From contig CAIIXF020000001.1 in assembly GCA_903813345.2 (NCBI GenBank), forward strand, positions 45,074,001 to 45,138,000: 64,000 bases of DNA, in the 5' to 3' direction. Source of the stretch: Owenia fusiformis (taxonomy: Eukaryota). Under the pieces are notes generated by a model. It did no database searches and was not told the origin of the DNA. It saw only the letters and a list, made by a program, of their open reading frames with translations. How positions within the stretch are numbered: position 1 is the stretch's first letter; each line of letters begins with the position of its first letter. Below are positions 13,678 to 25,857 of the stretch, piece after piece. A program made the translations under genes and the position numbers.

Positions 13678-16432
13678 CTTTAAAATGACTTAAATGCAGC
13701 TCTAACATAGAACCAGGGAGATTTGAAAAATCAGGCTGTTGCTGGATTAAGTTCGAGAGTTGTGAACAATCATGTCTATATAAAGACATATCCTTTGATT
13801 CATATGAGAGTAAACTGCGAAATTACAAAATTATTTCGCACTATGCTATTTTTGAGTAATCTTTTAAAAATATAGTAGTGTAGTAATTTTATCTCTAATA
13901 TGTATATTTGTGTTTAAAACACATTTTCCATGCTTTGAAGATAACAAGACACATTGTTGAATATATATGATCTAAAATATGTCAACTAATCACCATTCAA
14001 CTAAAAATATAAACAACTATTGCTGAAAGTGAAACATTGGTCATTTTGCCCATTTATGTGTCATTTTTTGATTTTAGGGTGCTAATAAATATGCTAAACT
14101 TTTGAAAAGTTTAAGAATATTATCATGCAATAATAACATTTGTGTTGGTTTTCTCATTTAATGGTGGAGGGCAGATCTTAGACCTCTAATAAAAACATTC
14201 GTTGTCTTACATACATTTTCTTTAAGTTAAATCAGAGAAGACAGATTCAATAAAAAACATATATGAATCTATCATCAAAGAATTATAATTGTGGAAAATT
14301 ATATGCTACTGCTAAATGCAGAATGCTAAAATGCCAAATTTTAGACACATGTAATCAAATGAAGGTTACATTAAATAATACATAGTATCAATAGAGAATA
14401 GCTACAATTTTGTTAAAGTTGATGATTTGAAATTACTTTTTCATTTACATAAATGGGGCAGGGGAGACATGAAAGCTATAATATCAACATTGGTTGTCCA
14501 ATATACATTTTCTATATCCTAAATGGAAGAAGACATGTACAAGAACAAATTTGACTAAGAATGCACCAACCAGTCAGCATTAAACTCAAGATATAAGGAC
14601 CTATATGGTATTGCTGAAAGCGAAAATGGTCAAAAAAGCCATGTTTTGTCCTTAAATGTCTCATTTCTAGGCACTAGTTTACCAATAAAGGTTCTGAAAT
14701 ATCTTAAAAACATTAAATAACACATAATATTGATATAGAATAGCTACAACTTTATTAAAGTTTATAGTTTCAAGTTATTTTATATTTTCATATTTTTCTT
14801 ATATTTTTCATGATAAATGGGGTAGGGGAGATCTGAAAGCTCTAATATGACCATTGGTGGTCCACTATACATTTTCTATACCTTAAATGGAAGAAGACAT
14901 CTACAAAAACAGATTTTATTACAATTGCAACAACCAGTAAGCATAAAACTCAATATATGAGGAACTATATGTTACTGCTGAAAGCTAAAATGATTTTAAA
15001 AAATGCCAAGTTTTGTCCTTAAATGTCTCATTTCTAGGCACTAGTATACCAATAAAGGTTCTGAAATATCTGAAAAACATTAAATAATACATAATATTGA
15101 TATAGAATAGCTACAACATTGTTAAAGTTTATAAATTCAAGTTATTTTATATTTTCATATGTTTCAGTAATTTTTCATAATAAATGGGGTAGGGGAGATC
15201 TGAAAGCTCTAATATGACCATTGGTGGTCCAATATACATTTTTTGTATCTTAAATGGAAGAAGACATGTACAAGCACAGATTTAATCAAAATTGCAACAA
15301 CCAGTCAACATTAAACTCAAGATATAAGGAACTATATGTTACTGCTGAAAGCGAAAATGATCAAAAATGCCAAATTTTGTCCTTAATTATCTTATTTCTA
15401 GACACTAGTACACTAATGAAGAACCTTAAACATCTGAAAAACATTAAATAATACATAGTGTTAATATTAAATAGCTAGAGTTTTGTTTGAGTTGAACATT
15501 TTGACTTTTTGTAGTTTCCATTTTTAGCCAATTTTTTTCTAAAAAATTCAAGGTATGTCTTCCTTGGACCAATATTTAGATATGTTCGCAAGAGTGATAT
15601 GCTTCGCAGGCGAAATCCCTTATGCAGGAAACCCTAATAGAATGAAAAATACAGAGAAACTCCATCCAGCTCACAAAGTCATTTTTTGCACAATTCTCAC
15701 ACCTTCCACCCCGAGTAATTAGCTTCTTCGTTCTTAAACAGTCTTCAATACATCCATCTCGTTCGCAGTTCGTTCAGGTCGCACACGTCGGAGTGCAACG
15801 TCGTAGAACGCGTCCCTTAGTCAAGAAGGTCAACATGACCTGATTACAGAACGGTATGGTCGTCATCGAATTTTGAATCGATTCAAAATTCGAAAATTAC
15901 ATTCCCGTCTGAGAACGTTCATAAAGTTCGTAAATAGACCTTGGAAAGTTGCAGCTACGTTCATTCCGTTCGCAAACAGTTTAAAACCAGTTTTGAAGAA
16001 CGCAGTGGCAACTTGTTTGGTGTGATAGCTATATTTTTGCTAACTCGTTCATAAGCAGTGTTAAATACGTTCTTAATCAGTTTAAACCCGTTTGCAATTA
16101 GTTTTACCTCGTTCTCAACACGTCCGCAGACAGTTAAACTCGTTGTTAAAACGTCCCTAGTAGGATTGAAGTACGACGGTTCCGTTCGTAGTACGTCCAG
16201 CTCGTCGTTAGTACGTTGTCACTCGTTCTAATTGTAGAACGTGACGACCACGAGAATATTTTGAGCATTGTCTAAGTTCTGGAGGACCTTCCCGTTCGAG
16301 TACGTTCGATGAAGTTTGTAAATAGATCCCAAACGGTTCTTAGTAGGTCCAGTCCGTTCGTATGCAGTTGAAGCCCGTTTTCGAGAACGCAGTGAGAACT
16401 AGTTTGGTGTGATAGTAAGGTAAAGCTTTAAT

Positions 16433-17141
16433 GTACTGTAACGTGTTTAAGAACCCCATCTCGTTGAATTTGGATTCTAGCAATACTATCCCACATGAAT
16501 GTACTAATTGTGTTTGTTGAGACTCGATCAACTTGGCTTCTTCCGAGGAAATGAGGATTTTGTATCTATCCCCATAGTTACATACATAAGGGTTATGTTA
16601 AGTAGGTTTTGGATATGGGGCATATCCTGAGGGAAATTTATATATCTTACCGGTGTCCCATGGGCTCATATCCCATATTCAAAACCGAGCATCACATAAC
16701 TAATTTATCCTATGACAAGTGTGGTTCACGAGTGAAGTTTTCATCAGGACACACATATCCAGGTTTGTTTTCTTTAAAGTGTTCTCATTCTCATTATCTT
16801 CAAGAAATCTACCAACATGCTGGTAAAGAAAAATTCTACCGTCTGCTTTAGTTTCCAGTTTGACTGTCTTCGCCTAATGCTATAATATATTCGAACTTTA
16901 CCGTTTCTAGATACATACATGCAGCATTCACCGAACAAAAGAATTTCCCTGGAATATTGGAACGGGAGATATACAACGGAAGATATATAATAATCTGTTC
17001 CGCACCTTAAATATATCAATTCTATATCCTCATTTTCTCAGAAGAACTCAAGTTGACCGAGTCTCAACATGTAGATTCATTTTGGATAGAATTGCAAGAA
17101 TCCAATTCCAGTAGTAAAAAGAGGAGTTCTTAAAACAGTAC
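16433..17141. mobile_element. Degenerate MITE with ~120-bp inverted ends
   Basis: tttaagaacccc..ttggattctagcaat..gttgagactcgatcaacttg..gaggaaatgaggat is mirrored by atcctcattttctc..caagttgaccgagtctcaac..attgcaagaatccaa..gagttcttaaa. Confidence 0.55.
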
Positions 17142-17699
17142 ATGAAAAAATTTCAAAACTAATACAAGAATAAATTCAGAAGAATCGGTAGGTATAGGAT
17201 ATGTTATGAACGGTTGGTTTAGGATAAACAGTAAGCGGGTATAGCCTGTATCCAAGACTCCCAATTACATTATCTTCATACACTATTCAAATGGACAAAT
17301 TACATTTAACATATAAACTAAAAACAATCAAATCTGTCTAAAATATGTTGTCTATGTAGCCTATAGGGAGTTTTTAACACCAAATACAAAGGTTAAAGGT
17401 TTAAAAAGTAAAACGCATGCAAACGTCTCATGAAAAATAGCATGACAACTACTTGTAATTGTTTCCTTTCGTCCACACCAACATTTACTCAGGTATTATG
17501 AACTTATTGTTGACATGGGTGGGATATTAATTTGATACGTGATCTTGAGGTTATCCCAACTCGGTTAAACATCTAATTGTGTTTAAGTTATATTGATGTT
17601 TTACAGTCCAATTTTGTAATTGGTCTGAGATCATTTTTTTGTCCGTTGTTAAGGATAATTTATCCTTAGTTTTTTGTCTGGCATTTGAACATTATCAAA

Positions 17700-20600
17700 A
17701 TGTTTTGGAAAACGAAGCTGATCACCAACATGCTTGCCGTGATGGCATTTCTTAAAGTAAGTAATAATTTCAAAATTCTGTGTACATTTTAGATCATTTT
17801 CATAAAATTACATTTCCTTAGCTAAATGTTGACACGGTCAAAGAGACAAACATATAACTCATAAAAATATACGATCATTATTTCTGGATTTTCACTGTAT
17901 ATAACATTAATATATTGTCAGTAAAATGCAGAAATACAAAAGAAACAATCAATTTAAAGTACATTCATGCTCGTGTTTAGTAAATGCTTAGTTTTAGAGA
18001 AAATGTACTCTTTTGATCTATTTTCGTTTGGATTTACTTCATACACATTATTAGATGTCGCTGAGGGAATATTTTACACATCATATTTTGTCTGATTTGT
18101 TTCCCTGTTTTGAAATTACATTGTAATTCTTACAGGATATCCTATGATTTTGAGGAATATCATTTTTATCTACGAGGTGATATTGATATCTGTACGAGAG
18201 AGAAAAACGAACAAGGAGTGTATATGATATAATTGTAAAATGCCAAATAGGGTCAATTTAGCGGGAAATCAACAAGCGGAGTATATCTCATCACAATATC
18301 CTCCGCATATTGGGTTTCCGGAGTATATCGTGGCAATATCCTCCGCATATATATTGGTTTTCCGGAGTATATCGTGGCGATATCCTCCGGTTATTCATTT
18401 TGCCAATAGATATCAAATTTACTTTTTAATGTTATTATACATTTAGCATGTACTAAGTGTAGGATAATTAATATTATATTATCCTATTTTTAGATAGTTG
18501 ACAGTAAGCCACTCGGTGAACACCTTCATGGAAGTGATAAGTGGACACCACCAGATGGGAGGAGTAGGGATGAGTATATGGCGACAATGGGATTATCGCA
18601 ACAGGAATGGAATACGATTCAAACAATCAATAAGGAAATTAATGAAATCATCAAGACCCAACATATCAGTCCAAGCCAGAATGTAAGAGAGTAATTTTTG
18701 TAAGTTTGTATATCTGTAAGCATGCATACACGTGATACAAAATTTTAAAGCCAACATACGAGCATATCATAACTAATTACAATTATAGCTGAATATTTTA
18801 CTAAATTTTGCAGAATGAGTTAGACCTGTCAGAATTCATCAGTGCTGATGATTACCAGGGCAACGAGCCTTTTCAAACACTCTATCAAGCAGATGAGGGT
18901 GAAAATGGAGATGTCTATTTTGGAGATGTTATACTGAATGCAGAGCAAGCTTCGGTGATACTCACTTCACTAAAAAATAGGTCGAAAAGAGATACAATGA
19001 ATTTTCTTACTTATCCTTCATATAAATGGACGGGAGTGATACCATACAAGATCATAGGGGAGAACTACAGTAAGTAAATGCATTATCCAAAATGACACTG
19101 GCCAATAGCTAGGTGTATCGTTAATATGTTAAAATCTGGTTTGATGTTCTTTAATGTCTACCTGTCTTTTGAATACCTTGAAATTTTTCCCTGCTACGTC
19201 TACATTTTTGTAACGGAGGAGTGAGTTCCCTGATCATGTTCATGTTTTTGGCGATTGTTTAAACTGTTCTCTTAACTTTTAGCTGACCTAGAGAGAACCA
19301 TGATATATAGAGCATTCCAACACTGGGAAAGTCACACGTGTCTACGATTCCAAGAAAGACCAATAAATGATATCGTTGGTGCCCCACACCTCCTGATAGA
19401 AAATCCAGCCAATTCGTATGTGCATATTTCAAAATGATATCTACTTTTAGAATCAACTCTGTATCCTTGTCGCATACCATAGAATGTAGTTTCCCATTAA
19501 GGTTATATGATTTTACCTTTATTAAAAAGGTACAGTCATCCACATTTACCATGGATGCAAGATGAAAATAACATCACTTGTATTTTCCTCGTATGAATGT
19601 GTATCACTTTGCTGAATTCTTCCCAGACCTTACTTAATCATTTAGACGTTTTGAAAAGAGCCCTTCTTTTCTTATCAATAAAAAACAAAAGTCTTGTTCT
19701 CCAATTCTATTGTTCAATTTGGATTTCAAAAATCATTACTCTGGCTTTGAGATAGACGATTGTCGCCAAATGTAAGTAACGTAAGCCAAAACTGTCATAT
19801 CACGTTAAATGTCTTAATTTAGGGCAACTTGCAATTCGTTTTTTGGACGTCAGGATACAGTCGATGGCCAGGTGATCAATTTGGGTTCGACATGCTTTGG
19901 ATCGGTATGTAACACCCTATCTATATATATAAGTCTGAACACGTCATCATGTATAATTAATTTTTTCACGAAATATGTTTCGAGGATACACCATGAACAT
20001 TTTATTTTAGGATGGTACTCCTGTCCATGAGATAGGACATGCACTGGGGATGTACCATGAACATCAAAGACCTGACAGGGATGATTATATCAATGTGTAT
20101 GAGGACCAAATCAGACCTAGTGGTTTAAGAAACTTTATCAAATATGAGTACACGGATGCCGTTACACATGTGCCGTATGACTATGGTTCTGTTATGCATT
20201 ATCATGCGAAGGTAATTTGTAAATAACATCAGTAATTATATCCAAGATGTCCAGTCAAATTGACTTGACGTTATAAATCAAATCGATATTCGCGGAAACG
20301 TAACAGTTGTGTCTTGCAATATGCTTCGACGTTATGAATAACGCTTTATATCAATCAATTTTCAATAAATTTTAGGCGTTTTGGATCGAAATAATGCCCT
20401 CTATAATACCAAAAGATGGATCATACTTAAGTACGATAGGACAGAGAACTGGCTTGTCATTCTTTGATGCAATGGCTGTCAACATTGAATACTGTAAGTC
20501 ATATTATGATTTACAAACTTTCACTCGACACTAAAATTAGGAATATAATCAGATATAATAATCCAAAACCATATGACATATAACATGTCTAATGATATAA

Positions 20601-23600
20601 TATGTATGTCTGCATATAACAATATAGCTACAAGGGTAATATTTCTATTGATGACTTAACATACTTCTTGGCATTGTTAAGGTATTTATACATCCACAAC
20701 TCCTTTGTTTGAAGTCATCATATTCGTTTGGTCATATTGTAGGCAGTGAAACCTGCCCTGGTCCTCTACCACAACCTTGTAGCAATGGGGGATACCAAGA
20801 CCCTAACAACTGCGACCTATGTAAATGCCCAGATGGCCTAAGTGGTGATACATGTGGAGATATACAACCTTCTAATGTTGGTATGGAACCATAATGGTAT
20901 TCTAGACGTAATATATAATAATATATAATCTGGAAAAGGATACATTACATTTTGATCAATTTCTAAAAGACCACTTCTTTGTTTGAACTAAATTGTGCGT
21001 TTAAATTGTAATTTATTGTATGTTTTAATCGTGACAAATTGTATATTTTAATTGTAATGAATTGTTTTATACTTCGATCAGTGGATGCAGGAGGAGTTGT
21101 ATCATTGGATGAAACTACACCGTCATATATAACATCACACCCAACATACAGCGACGCATCATCTTATTATGAAAATTACCAAGAGATCAACTGGGAAGTA
21201 ATGGTAGGATAAATTAGATTTTTGTTGTTTTTACTTCTTAATTCGATCCATGACAACAATGTTGATATTTCAGATCCCGTTACCCTGCTCGATTAAGATC
21301 GTAATTTGTACCATGTACAGTTGAAATCATAATGTGTCTCGTGTTCAATTGAAATTATAATTTGTTCCATATTCAATTGAAATCATAATTTGTACCATGT
21401 TCAATTGAAATCATAATTTGTATCATGTTCAATTGAAATCATAATTTGTTCCATATTCAATTGAAATCATAATGTCTCCCATGTTCAATTGAAATCATAG
21501 TTTGTACCATGTTCAATTGAAATCATAATGTGTCCCATGTACAATTGAAATCATAAATTGAACCATGTTCAATTGAAATCATAGTTTGTACCATGTTCAA
21601 TTGAAATCATAATGTGTCCCATGTTCAATTGAAATCATAATGTGTTCCATATTCAATTGAAATCATAATTTCTCCCATATTCAATTGAGATCATAATTTG
21701 TCCCATATTCAATTGAGATCATAATTTGTACCATGTTCAATTGAAATCATAATTTGTACCATGTTCAATTGAAATCATAATTTGTATCATGTTCAATTGA
21801 AATTCTAATGTGTCCCATGTTATGCCACGTCCTCTTGAAATCATAATGGGTTCCATGAAATCATAATCTGTTTCATGTTCAGTTGAAATAATAATATTTT
21901 CCATGTTCAATTGAAATCATAATGGGTTCCATTTTCAATTGAAATCATAATGTGTTTTCATGCGCAACTGAGATCATAATTTGTTCCTATTCTATTATGA
22001 TGTATTGTAATTTGTAAATGTAAGATAAAAATGATAATAGATATAGTATAATAAAAAATAATAATTTGTTCGTATTCGTTGTCGATGCAGGTACCAACTG
22101 GATGTCAGATAGAGTTTGAGTTTGTAGAGGACTTCAGGATGACTTGTTTAAACTTTCAAACATGTGCTCATTGGGTGGAACTAAAGCTTGATCAATCCCA
22201 ATATGACAAGACTGGACAGAGGTATATGCATTAAGCCCACGGATCTGGCGTTATTATCTGTATTCAAATAATTACCATTATCACGCAAAATGTATCAATC
22301 TGCTAATGCACTTGGAATATATATTTTATGGTATGCATTTAACATCACGGTGTGTTTTTTTCAAAATTTTGAATCGGAATAATTTTTTATAGATTCTGCT
22401 GTGATTCGCTTCCTTCCAAAAAGCCAGTTTCGATGAGTTCCACAGCACTTGTATTATTCCGTTCAAACTACCTAATTGACACAACCTATTGGAGGAGGGG
22501 ATTCAAATTAAAAATGCAAGCAGGTACAATAATAATATATACATACGTTATATATCCGTAACATGCAATGTTTTCTAGTATAAGTAATTTAGCACATATT
22601 GTTAATTTCCAATTCTACGGGGTGGGCCAATAAAAATTGGAACATTTTCTATTTAATCAATTTTCTTTATTAATTAAGTTCAATCCACAAAAATTCAGAA
22701 AATGTTAAATGATTATTTGTGGAAATGTTAAAGATAAAATTATGTACGTTTAACTATTTTTGGTTTGTAATGGTCAGGATATGTATAGTGCGTGTATCAT
22801 GAGAAATTTCCCAAATTTCTCTGTTTGAGACATCCCTCCGTGAATAAAGTATTTCTCATACCACACAATATGTGCCTTCAAATGGACTCTACATGATTTC
22901 CATCAATCAACATACGACAATTTTTCTAGGTAAAGCTAGACATGCCTCCCTTGGATAATATAGCTTATATAACTAACCTCAACTTTTTTCAAAACTGGCA
23001 CAATATGTCTCGAAACCTATTATTTAAGCTTCAGGTTGGTGGACCAAGAACATTTTTCCGTAAATTGTAACTTTTTGTTTGTCATGGATTATCTTCAGTA
23101 GTTTGGGGAAATTGAAAAACAATTAATTGTCAACAGATTGTAAATATGAAAATACAAGCTCAATATTCAATTACTGAATGCAAGGGTTTCGTGAACATAT
23201 CCTCCACATGGCTGAACAATCTTTTTTTCAGTCTTAGCTGCATTTAACGTTCGGTGACATATTGTGCCAGTTTTGAAAAAAAACTGAGGTCAGTTAAGCT
23301 ATATTATCAAACATGTCTACCTTCTCCTAGAAATATTAACGAATGTTTTGATTGATGGAAATCGTGTTGAGACCATTTGAAGGGTTCATATTGTGTGGTT
23401 TGAAAGATACTGTATTTTCAGCAGTGATGTCTCAAGCAGAGAAAATGAAAAAAATCATGACATACGCAGTTTACAGATCATGACCATGACAAGCCAAAAA
23501 TAATTATACATACATAATTTTCTTTAACATTTTCATAAATGATCATTTAACCATTATCTGAATTTTTGTGGATTGAACTGCAATAATTCAGAAAATTGAT

Positions 23601-23844
23601 TAAATGTGAGAAAAATGTTCCAATTCATATTGGCCCACCCTGTTCTTCAAAATCAATCATGCATGTTGCTTTTTAGTAAACTGTCCTACAACAACCTCAA
23701 CTACTACAACGACTGCAACTGCTGCTCCAACAACTGTGGCTGCAACAACGACTACAACGACAACTACCAAAGCAACAACGGTAGCCCTAACAACAGTCGA
23801 GACGACCACTGAAAATGTAACAAAAGCTCCCTTAGCCGTGCCAG
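17700..23844 (+). CDS. Astacin-family zinc metalloprotease (SP-pro-astacin-EGF-CUB-Thr-rich; BP10/SpAN or NAS-like), 3' end unresolved; exons 17700-17756, 18494-18682, 18814-19069, 19283-19415, 19823-19904, 20011-20211, 20376-20493, 20743-20880, 21082-21203, 22091-22221, 22393-22523, 23677-23844
   Basis: Propeptide YFGDVIL motif and RSKR processing site. Zinc motif HEIGHALGMYHEHQRPDRD and Met-turn SVMHY. GQRTGLSFFD. EGF CSNGGYQDPNNCDLCKCPDGLSGDTC. CUB-like ..HWVEL..RFCC..LFRSN..RRGFKLK. All junctions are GT-AG and in frame. Confidence 0.9.
18132..18470. mobile_element. Inverted partial copy of the 2595-3012 repeat, in astacin intron 1
   Basis: Reverse-complement match, e.g. tatcctccggttattcattttgccaata and tacatttagca..taagtgtaggataat. 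Confidence 0.7.
21300..21985. repeat. 28-bp minisatellite (~24 units) in an astacin intron
   Basis: Consensus CCATGTTCAATTGAAATCATAATTTGTA in tandem, containing the palindrome TTCAATTGAA. Confidence 0.95.
22618..23642. mobile_element. Tc1/mariner-type MITE, largely palindromic, in an astacin intron
   Basis: Ends ta|cggggtgggccaat...attggcccaccctg, with long internal inverted homology (e.g. aattcaatccacaaaaattcaga vs tctgaatttttgtggattgaac). Confidence 0.75.
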
Positions 23845-25111
23845 GTATCTCATTAAACTTATTTTCTTGAAGTTGCGTGCACGCCATATTTTCTAAATAA
23901 TCATATATTAAATTGTTTTAATGTCCATTATGTGGAGAGTTTCATTTCAGTTCACCCCGTGCGAGTATACTTTATTTTATCTTCTTGGTGACGGGTTTAT
24001 TTACATTTTCTTCCTCCTACATGCATATATTACTACTGCACGGTGATTGTTATTAGCGTAGAATTCACACATACACTCCCCTCCATAAGTTTGGCAACCT
24101 TAGCTCCCCCATTGAACTTCGTGTTAAAGCCTCTTTACTTTTGAATTTTTATTTACTTAATCTGCGATGTAAATACTATTGATTGAAACGTAATTTGACT
24201 TCATTTTCAATACCTCAAAATTTTCTAATTTTTTCCCTCAATTACGTTAGGTCGAAAATTGATGATAGATTTGATGAATTTTTGAAAATCTACATTCCCA
24301 TGTTAACCAATAGGAAATGGTAGGTTTGCCGCAAGTCATATGACAGAATATCCACCACTACGAGTCCTACGTACATTTTTCAGTACATTTTGTACTTAAA
24401 AATGTCCTTAAAAGTCAGTGTATTTTCAGTACATTTTTGTACTTAAAAAGTCATATTTATCAGTACATTATTTGTATTGAATTTTATACTGAAAATATAC
24501 TGAAACATGTACTTAAAAAAGTCAGTACATTTTTCAGTACAAAAATACACTGAAAACGCTCCTTTCAATACAAATGCCCTCCCCTAGTGATAACACCTTA
24601 AATAATGTTGTCTCTACCCGGGTACTTCTCATCTAAAAGTGTTAATAAGCTTTGATACGCATGTTAGATGGAATGGTGTATCTTTCTAGTTGTTCCTGGT
24701 GATGGAATTATGTTCTGTGTAATGTGTGCAGAGTTGCCTGTTCCGGTGGAAGTCATAAAAACTTCAAGATCTGAAAAATGTCTATAGATTTCATTTTCAC
24801 AGAAATAATTAGATATAAAATATTATGTATTCTCAATGAAAAACATTGAATCAAGCAGATTGTCTCCCTTTGTTTCTCACATCACTAGCATCTCATTTTA
24901 ATATACCAAAATAATTCGAATATATTTGAAGAACAAAATGATACGCGATAGGTCAGAGTGACAACAGTATTTTTACCTTCTGCGTTGTTCAGAGCTCTCA
25001 TTTCGGGTACAGAATTTTCACATACATCCGAGTTCTTTCCCATTGAAATAGCCTGTACCAGGGTCCGATTTTGAGCCAAACATTTCAGCTTTAGTTGGCA
25101 TTCTTCTTCAC

Positions 25112-25857
25112 GTTCAAAAAAACGCAACCCAAAGAAATCGCTATATCTTGGAAAATACTTATCCAATTGTGTTCATTTTTTCAGGAAAGAAAGAAGAGAC
25201 TGTGTGTGTATAGCTCCTGCTGCTAGTTAGTTGTAAAACATGATGCCTTGGACACCTGCTCAAAAGACATTAGTATTAGTAAGATACGAAAAACGCAGTC
25301 AGAGGTGACTGCCAGAGCAATAAACCCTAATAACTTTCTAACCATGGTGTTTTGGCACCTCAGATTCGGCACAAATTATCTTCATATAATGTGTAAAGAA
25401 TTAAGGGAGTTTCAATAAAATCACTCCAGGGACTTTACAGTCATGGTCAAAATGCCTTCTTAAGTCTGGCTGAACCAGGGTGTTTGACTGAGTTTTGAGC
25501 ATTTCGATCAAAACTGTAAATTCCCTGGAGTGATTTTGATTTCACTCTGCAGATTTATCATACATTGAATGAAGATGATTGGTGCCAAATTTGAATAGCC
25601 AAAACACTGTGGTTAGAAAGTTATTCAGTTTTATTGCTGTGAAAGTCGTCTCTGACTGCGTTTTTCGTATCTTTCTCTTTCTCATACTAATGTCTTTTGA
25701 GCAGTTGTCCAAGGCATCATTTTTTACAACTAACTAACAACATGAGCTATACATACACAGTCTCTTCTTTCTTTCCTGAAAAAAATGAACACAATTGGAC
25801 AAGTATTTTCCAAGATATAGCAATTTCTTTGGGTTGCGTTTTTTTTTGAACACCCTG
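25112..25857. mobile_element. Tc1/mariner-type MITE present only in the leftmost unit
   Basis: Long inverted arms gttcaaaaaaacgcaacccaaagaaat.. / ..atttctttgggttgcgttttttttgaacaccctg|ta. Absent at the homologous sites ~38350 and ~55885. The left TIR tip is deleted. Confidence 0.75.

Larger units (their letters stand above)
9204..15717 (+). mobile_element. Foldback-type DNA transposon with long modular TIRs and decayed Academ-like transposase
   Basis: Termini TACTCGGGGTGGAA...TTCCACCCCGAGTA; 3-bp TSD ATT (9201-9203 and 15718-15720), confirmed against the empty site. Arms (~9204-11000 and ~14000-15717) are built of ~360-bp tandem units in inverted orientation. Internal + strand relics with stops and frameshifts: TVIIITSDQAI, MLGDFHI, GKDYKMVKLSLVCEAML and a Cys-rich C-terminal remnant (~12400-12570). 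Confidence 0.75.
9096..16420. mobile_element. ~0.8-kb MITE interrupted by a 6.5-kb insertion (host segments 9096-9203 and 15718-16420)
   Basis: TIR ctatcacaccaaactagttct (~9102) pairs with agaactagtttggtgtgatag (~16395-16415). Uninterrupted inverted partial copies at ~33163-33723 and ~49553-50128 show the empty site. Confidence 0.8.

Noticed and set aside
21300..21985. Regular palindromic repeat resembling a CRISPR array
   Set aside because: The units are contiguous 28-mers with no unique spacers, there are no cas genes, and it lies in a spliceosomal intron; it is a minisatellite.
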